Below, piece after piece: positions 59,417 to 64,000 of a stretch of DNA of 64,000 nucleotides. How positions within the stretch are numbered: the first letter of the stretch is position 1; each line of letters begins with the position of its first letter. Origin of the DNA: Acidobacteriota bacterium (GTDB taxonomy: Bacteria > Acidobacteriota > Terriglobia > Terriglobales > Acidobacteriaceae); NCBI GenBank assembly GCA_021781795.1, contig JAJXWA010000008.1, forward strand, positions 4,860-68,859. Reading direction: 5' to 3'. A model generated the notes under the pieces. That model searched no databases. It saw only the letters and a list, made by a program, of their open reading frames with translations, and had not been told where the DNA came from. The position numbers and the translations under genes were made by a program.

Positions 59417-59661
59417 CGCTACGCAGCGCACGATTGCAAATCGTGATTCAACGCATACATCGAGAATGTGTTTGCTCCCGAGCAGCCAGTACGATAACCG
59501 GCTGGTGGCTGTTGATGCTCAAGAGGTTATTTCTGTGTCGGCGCGGCTGATGAGCGACGTGTAGTTGAGGCGTAGAAATGGGTTCAAAGGCTCCACCTCA
59601 CCAGCATCGCGCGTGTCCACCAACGAATCGGATTGTGTCGCAGGTTCCATGGTTCGGCCGA

Positions 59662-60687
59662 TTATAGGACCCTCGTTCTCTTGAGGCCGAGCGCGATCAA
59701 GGCGGTGGCCAATGCAGCGAAGATCAAGTTACCGATGCGGGCGACGGTTCCGGCATCTCCAATCGACGGAGTTTGGATAAATGCGTGGATCGCATACACC
59801 ATCGCCGCACCTCCGGCGAGCGCCAATTTGTGTACGGCGCGCCAGCCCTCGAAGCGCGACCACCGCCAGATCAACGCGGCTGCTAAAGCATCTATGCTGC
59901 AGTAGGCCAGAACAGCCCACCAGCCCGAGTCTTGCGGGACCAGCCAAAAGCCGATTGCTGCCGCGAACGCGCCCAGCCCGAGAGCCGCTGGATGCGGTAT
60001 GCGTCCACTTTCGCGCAAGGGGCGACGCGGTAGGGCGAACGCCACCGTAATCAAGATTGCAATGATTACAGCCGAGCAGCCGAATTGCGAACGCGATGCG
60101 AAGAAGTGCGCCGGGTCTGCCTGCGTTGTGAAGTGCGCTATCGAGAAGCACGCCGCGATGAACGCTGCAGCTACAGCACCCAGCCCGGCGCGGCCAAGCC
60201 AAGAGAACTCAGCCTCGTTCGGGACGAGGGATTCGATGAGAGCGATAGGAACAGGAATGCTCCAGACAGTATGCAGGGTGAGTACGAACACGGTGTACCA
60301 GGCTCCGATTCCGAGGCCGGGCAGATAAGCCGAATCGAGCAAATGCAGGTGCTTCGCGAGGAAATCGGAATTAAACAGCGACTGCGTCAGGAAGGCTTCC
60401 TCGAGGATTCCGTACGCGAGAGCAAGAATGAAAATGCTGGACCATCCACGACGTGCTCTGCGCACGGCTTCGCGAATCAACAGCGCACCGCCTCCGTAGA
60501 GGGGAGCCATCACTCCCAGCATTCCCAGGTGCGTGATGGACATGTTGCCCAAAAGGAACTCAGCGACGAGCGGAGCGGCGAGGAACAGTCCGCATGCAGC
60601 CAGGAGACGACGCCTCGTTGCGATATCAAAGGATTGCTTACCCGCAGAACCGGCTCGATCTAGATCCGTAGTTTTGGAACTGCTCAT
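59662..60687 (-). CDS. Multi-pass membrane hypothetical protein
   Basis: About 10 hydrophobic segments, APLVAEFLLG...LYGGGALLIRE...YGILEE; co-oriented with the monooxygenase. Confidence 0.75.
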   Translation of the reverse strand: MSSSKTTDLDRAGSAGKQSFDIATRRRLLAACGLFLAAPLVAEFLLGNMSITHLGMLGVMAPLYGGGALLIREAVRRARRGWSSIFILALAYGILEEAFLTQSLFNSDFLAKHLHLLDSAYLPGLGIGAWYTVFVLTLHTVWSIPVPIALIESLVPNEAEFSWLGRAGLGAVAAAFIAACFSIAHFTTQADPAHFFASRSQFGCSAVIIAILITVAFALPRRPLRESGRIPHPAALGLGAFAAAIGFWLVPQDSGWWAVLAYCSIDALAAALIWRWSRFEGWRAVHKLALAGGAAMVYAIHAFIQTPSIGDAGTVARIGNLIFAALATALIALGLKRTRVL

Positions 60688-60726
60688 GATGACATCCCTC
60701 TGGCAGAAGTGAAAAGGACCGGCGCT

Positions 60727-61926
60727 CTAGCTTTCCCATGCGATTTTGTAGGAATACATCCAGTTGTTCATCCGTGCGCCCGAGACGCACGCAAGCACAG
60801 AGACCACCCGATCACGAATCCAGGCCGCTGTGGGAGTCAGGGTTTGTTTTCCGTCGCCGCGTCTGCGCGCCTCAGCAATCACGCGCTCAACACGGCTGCG
60901 TCTTTGCTGTACAAACTGCGCGAATACCTGTTCATGCCCGCCTTGCGAGTCACGCAACAGCTTACCAAGCAGCATCGCGTCTTCAAGTGCGAGGGACGCG
61001 CCCTGGCCGGCGTGTGGGCTAATGGCGTGGGCAGCGTCTCCGATCAGCAGAACGCGGCCTTTCGACCATTGCGGAAGCGTGGGGAGATCATGCACCGGCC
61101 CGCGTAGCAACTCTGTGGCGCTGCGCAGGATTGTGCCAACGGGTTCCTGCCACTCGCGGTGCCGTGCGAGAAGGTCATTCCTCAGTTCTTCATTGGACCA
61201 AAACTTGTAATCCAGCGATTGCGGATTCCAGTCACGCTTGAGATGACTCAACCAAATCACCGTATCGGGTTTTGACTTGTCGAAATGTCCATAGCCGAAG
61301 AAGCCCTCTCGCCCGAACACCATGTGCATTCTACGCATCTCCACATCTGCCGCCGTAAGACTGGGATGCGAGGCAAAACCTCCAATCGTAAAGAGGCCCG
61401 TATAGAAGGGTTGCGCACCCGTAGGAAAGATCAGATCGCGCGTGCGTGAATGAACTCCATCGGCGCCAATCAAAAGGGAGCCTTCGAAAGCTGAGCCATC
61501 CTCGAATTCGGCAATGACGCCTGCGTCGTTGTTTGTCAGATGCCGGAGCCGCTTCCGATAGAGAATGGAGATGCCCAGGCGTTCAGCTTCGCGCACCAGC
61601 GCTCGATGGACAACCGAGCGCGCTGCAACTACGGCCGGGATTCCGTAGATTCTCGCCGGACCATTGGGAACTCGTCCCAAAAGTTTGCCTTGTTGATTTT
61701 CGAAAGAGAACTCGTTGCTTTCGATCCCGTTCTCGATTACTTCTTCTGCAAGCCCAATCTGTTCCAGCACGCGCATTCCATTGGGGGCAATTTGAAATCC
61801 GCCGCCGATGTCATCGACTCGCGGGTAAGCCTCAAAAATAGCAGCGGCAATACCAACCTTATTCAGAAAGATTGCTAGGGCGGGACCTGCAATGCCTCCG
61901 CCAATGATAAGCACGCTGTGTTTCAT
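60727..61926 (-). CDS. Group A FAD-dependent monooxygenase
   Basis: IIGGGIAG, LIGADGVHS, LIGDAAHAISPHAGQGASLALED. Confidence 0.93.
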   Translation of the reverse strand: MKHSVLIIGGGIAGPALAIFLNKVGIAAAIFEAYPRVDDIGGGFQIAPNGMRVLEQIGLAEEVIENGIESNEFSFENQQGKLLGRVPNGPARIYGIPAVVAARSVVHRALVREAERLGISILYRKRLRHLTNNDAGVIAEFEDGSAFEGSLLIGADGVHSRTRDLIFPTGAQPFYTGLFTIGGFASHPSLTAADVEMRRMHMVFGREGFFGYGHFDKSKPDTVIWLSHLKRDWNPQSLDYKFWSNEELRNDLLARHREWQEPVGTILRSATELLRGPVHDLPTLPQWSKGRVLLIGDAAHAISPHAGQGASLALEDAMLLGKLLRDSQGGHEQVFAQFVQQRRSRVERVIAEARRRGDGKQTLTPTAAWIRDRVVSVLACVSGARMNNWMYSYKIAWES

Positions 61927-62003
61927 GCCTCAGAACCTCCTGATCCGGCGGCAACTCTGGCATCTTGCCAGATCGGTTTACCGCCAGCTATGATTAGTCA
62001 ATA

Positions 62004-62034
62004 ACTAATTATCTTAGTTTCTAAGCTAATTAGT
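62004..62034. promoter_or_regulatory. MarR operator-like palindrome
   Basis: ACTAATTATCTTAG-TTT-CTAAGCTAATTAGT, 14 bp arms with one mismatch, in the divergent intergenic region. Confidence 0.7.
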
Positions 62035-62052
62035 CGTCAAGGATAATCTCAG

Positions 62053-62544
62053 ATGAACGTAAAATCTTCCAGACGTCGGCAAGATTTGCTGCACCGCGTA
62101 GGTATGGATCTCGGCCGGGAGCTCAGCGCACAGACTGTGTTTTTTCATGAGGTTGTGGCGCGAAGACTGGGCCTGAACGCAACCGATACGCGATGCCTGG
62201 ATATCATTGCCCGGGCTGGCGAGGGCCAGGTGACGGCCGGCGATCTGGGGAGAGCTACAGGGTTAACGACCGGGGCAGTCACGGGCATTCTTGATCGGCT
62301 TGAAAAGGCGGGCATGGTGGAACGAGTGCGCGATGTGAACGATCGCCGCAAGATTGTCGTTCGCCCGATACCGGAGGCAATGCGGCGCGTCGGAGCCTAC
62401 TACGAAAAGCTTGGCACCGAAATGGCCAAGCTCGTCTCCGGTTATCGCACACAGGATCTCGAGCTGATCAGCGACTTTCTTGAGAGGAATCTCGCGCTCC
62501 TGAAGGAGCAAATCGCCGAGTTGTCGGCGGGTGGCCCGGCCTAA
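62053..62544 (+). CDS. MarR-family regulator
   Basis: LGLNATDTRCLD...TAGDLG...GLTTGAVTGILDRLEKAG...DRRK. Confidence 0.93.
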   Translation: MNVKSSRRRQDLLHRVGMDLGRELSAQTVFFHEVVARRLGLNATDTRCLDIIARAGEGQVTAGDLGRATGLTTGAVTGILDRLEKAGMVERVRDVNDRRKIVVRPIPEAMRRVGAYYEKLGTEMAKLVSGYRTQDLELISDFLERNLALLKEQIAELSAGGPA

Positions 62545-62567
62545 ACAATGCGCCCTCTTTCACCACC

Positions 62568-62603
62568 GGGGTGCCCCGCCCAAGCGAAGCGGGGACGGGA
62601 GAG
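62568..62603. repeat. REP-like hairpin
   Basis: GGGGTGCCCCGC...GCGGGGACGGGAGAG intergenic GC-rich palindrome; only one copy in the window. Confidence 0.35.
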
Positions 62604-62701
62604 CAGCATCGATGAGGCCCCCGTTCGAATCGTCCCCTCACCAGAGTTAACCCCAATCCCACGCAGTGCCCCAACCTCACCCCCCTGCTATCCTGAACAT
62701 C

Positions 62702-63262
62702 GTGATGCCCGCATTCCCCCGCAAACACTGGCCCGCAGCCGCCTTGCTCCTCACCGTCCCCCTCGCCGCCTGCCACCGGGAGCAGCAGGCCGTTGAAGGC
62801 GTCGCCCAGAAAGCCACCACCGCCGAGCAGAAGGCTCAGGCCAGCGCCACCCTCCGCGACCGGCAGCGCGCCGCCCTCGCCGCCATCCCGCTCCCCACCA
62901 AGAGCCTCTACGTCGACATTCACGACCCCTCCGGCTGGCAAAACCCCTTCCTCACCGTCGAAGCCGACAAGCTCGACCTCCGCATCTCCTTCGCGGACGC
63001 CAACACCAGCTCCGTCGGGGAAGGCACCATGCTCCGCCCCGAGGCCGCCCGCCGCCAGGAGCTACAGATCCGCCCCTCCGACCTCGCCGAAGCCATCACC
63101 GCCCTGCCCCCCGAGGCCTGGCGCTACGGCCGCGTCGTCGCCGTCGCCGAAGCTCCCGCCGCGCCCGCCGCCGACCGCCCCCGCATCCGCCGCAACGTCG
63201 AAGCCGCCATCCAGCAGCTCAACGACCTCGGCATCGTCGTTGAAGAATGGCCGGGCCGCTGA
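62702..63262 (+). CDS. Hypothetical lipoprotein
   Basis: Lipobox LAAC after a hydrophobic stretch; strongly C-ending codons; start GTG 62702 or ATG 62705. Confidence 0.75.
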   Translation: MMPAFPRKHWPAAALLLTVPLAACHREQQAVEGVAQKATTAEQKAQASATLRDRQRAALAAIPLPTKSLYVDIHDPSGWQNPFLTVEADKLDLRISFADANTSSVGEGTMLRPEAARRQELQIRPSDLAEAITALPPEAWRYGRVVAVAEAPAAPAADRPRIRRNVEAAIQQLNDLGIVVEEWPGR

Positions 63263-63337
63263 CCTTCGCTACGTTTGTCGCCCTATCGTCGATCGCGCTA
63301 CCATGAGTCGCTCGCAATCTCCTGTGCTGAGTCGTAC

Positions 63338-64000
63338 ATGAAGCGAAATCTTACCGCCCTTCTTCTGCTCATCTCCATCACGCATCTCGCCGCGGCAGTC
63401 GAGCCCGTTTGCTCCGTGCGTCAGCCGCGACTGCGCGTCCATCGCGCCGACATCTTCACCGACCAGCAGGAACAGTGGCTCGGTGATGCCCAGGCAGACA
63501 TGGTGGAGCCGGGATACACCCTGCTGCCCGCCGGGCACAGCGCCTATCTCGACGAGATTGGACAGCGTTTACTCGATCAGCTTCCGCCTACGCCCATTCA
63601 CTACACCTTCCGCGTCTTTGAATCGCCCGAACTGCGCGCCTTCTCTCTCGCCGGGGGACACATCTACATCAGCCGCAAACTCATCATGGACGCGCGCAAC
63701 GAAGACGAACTGGCCGCGATGCTTGCCCAGGAGATTGGTCGCGCCTACATTCATCACTCGGCGTCTTCGGTCACGCGCAGGCTCGCCAGGCTCCTGCATG
63801 TCAAGATGCTCGGCGATCGCGCCGACGTGTACGACAAATTCGAGCGCATGCTCAACATGCCGCCCGACCCCTACGCCTACTTAAGCGAGGACGAACAGGA
63901 GGGCGACGAGTTGCTTGCCGACCGCGTCGGCATGTGGGCCATGATCAAGGCTCACTACGATCCCAACGCCTTTGCGACATTTCTCGATCGAGTGAACGAC
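63338..64000 (+). CDS. Secreted M48-peptidase-like protein with degenerate active site; runs off the window end
   Basis: Open frame from ATG 63338: signal peptide, EQWLG...AFSLAGGHIYISRKLI...NEDELAAMLAQEIGR...ELLADRVG...YDPNAF. Confidence 0.8.
   Translation, partial: MKRNLTALLLLISITHLAAAVEPVCSVRQPRLRVHRADIFTDQQEQWLGDAQADMVEPGYTLLPAGHSAYLDEIGQRLLDQLPPTPIHYTFRVFESPELRAFSLAGGHIYISRKLIMDARNEDELAAMLAQEIGRAYIHHSASSVTRRLARLLHVKMLGDRADVYDKFERMLNMPPDPYAYLSEDEQEGDELLADRVGMWAMIKAHYDPNAFATFLDRVND

Noticed and set aside
59417-59661. Possible gene remnant or small ORF after the crotonase
   Set aside because: No recognisable coding or IS-end signal; only a short CACGATT-GCA-AATCGTG palindrome.

Overview
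A GC-rich 64 kb bacterial chromosomal segment. Gene content and order suggest Acidobacteriota, probably Acidobacteriaceae (inference). Core genes include obgE, mltG, ruvX, greA, tRNA-Glu, mtgA and a his operon (hisI-G-D-C-B-H-F-A) under a His-rich leader-peptide attenuator. Accessory modules are: an ECF sigma factor coupled to a zinc-finger anti-sigma/TM/TPR/CHAT caspase-like protein; a TetR divergon with an EmrAB pump and two secreted glycosidases; an RND pump; a TPP-riboswitch operon (TonB receptor, kinase, PnuC-family transporter); two inverted CRTAC1/ASPIC-UnbV paralogues, one paired with a pentaheme cytochrome c-TPR protein; a CitMHS-AtuA operon; a propeller/Y_Y_Y two-component system; and a MarR/FAD-monooxygenase islet. 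The best candidate for an undescribed system is the ECF plus anti-sigma-TPR-CHAT fusion, whose His/Cys dyad is intact. Also notable are a candidate ~80 nt sRNA with an anti-Shine-Dalgarno seed, several structured leaders, recurrent leaderless starts and an M48 pseudoprotease. No CRISPR array, integrase or transposase was seen. All calls come from motif recognition by eye; no database searches were run.
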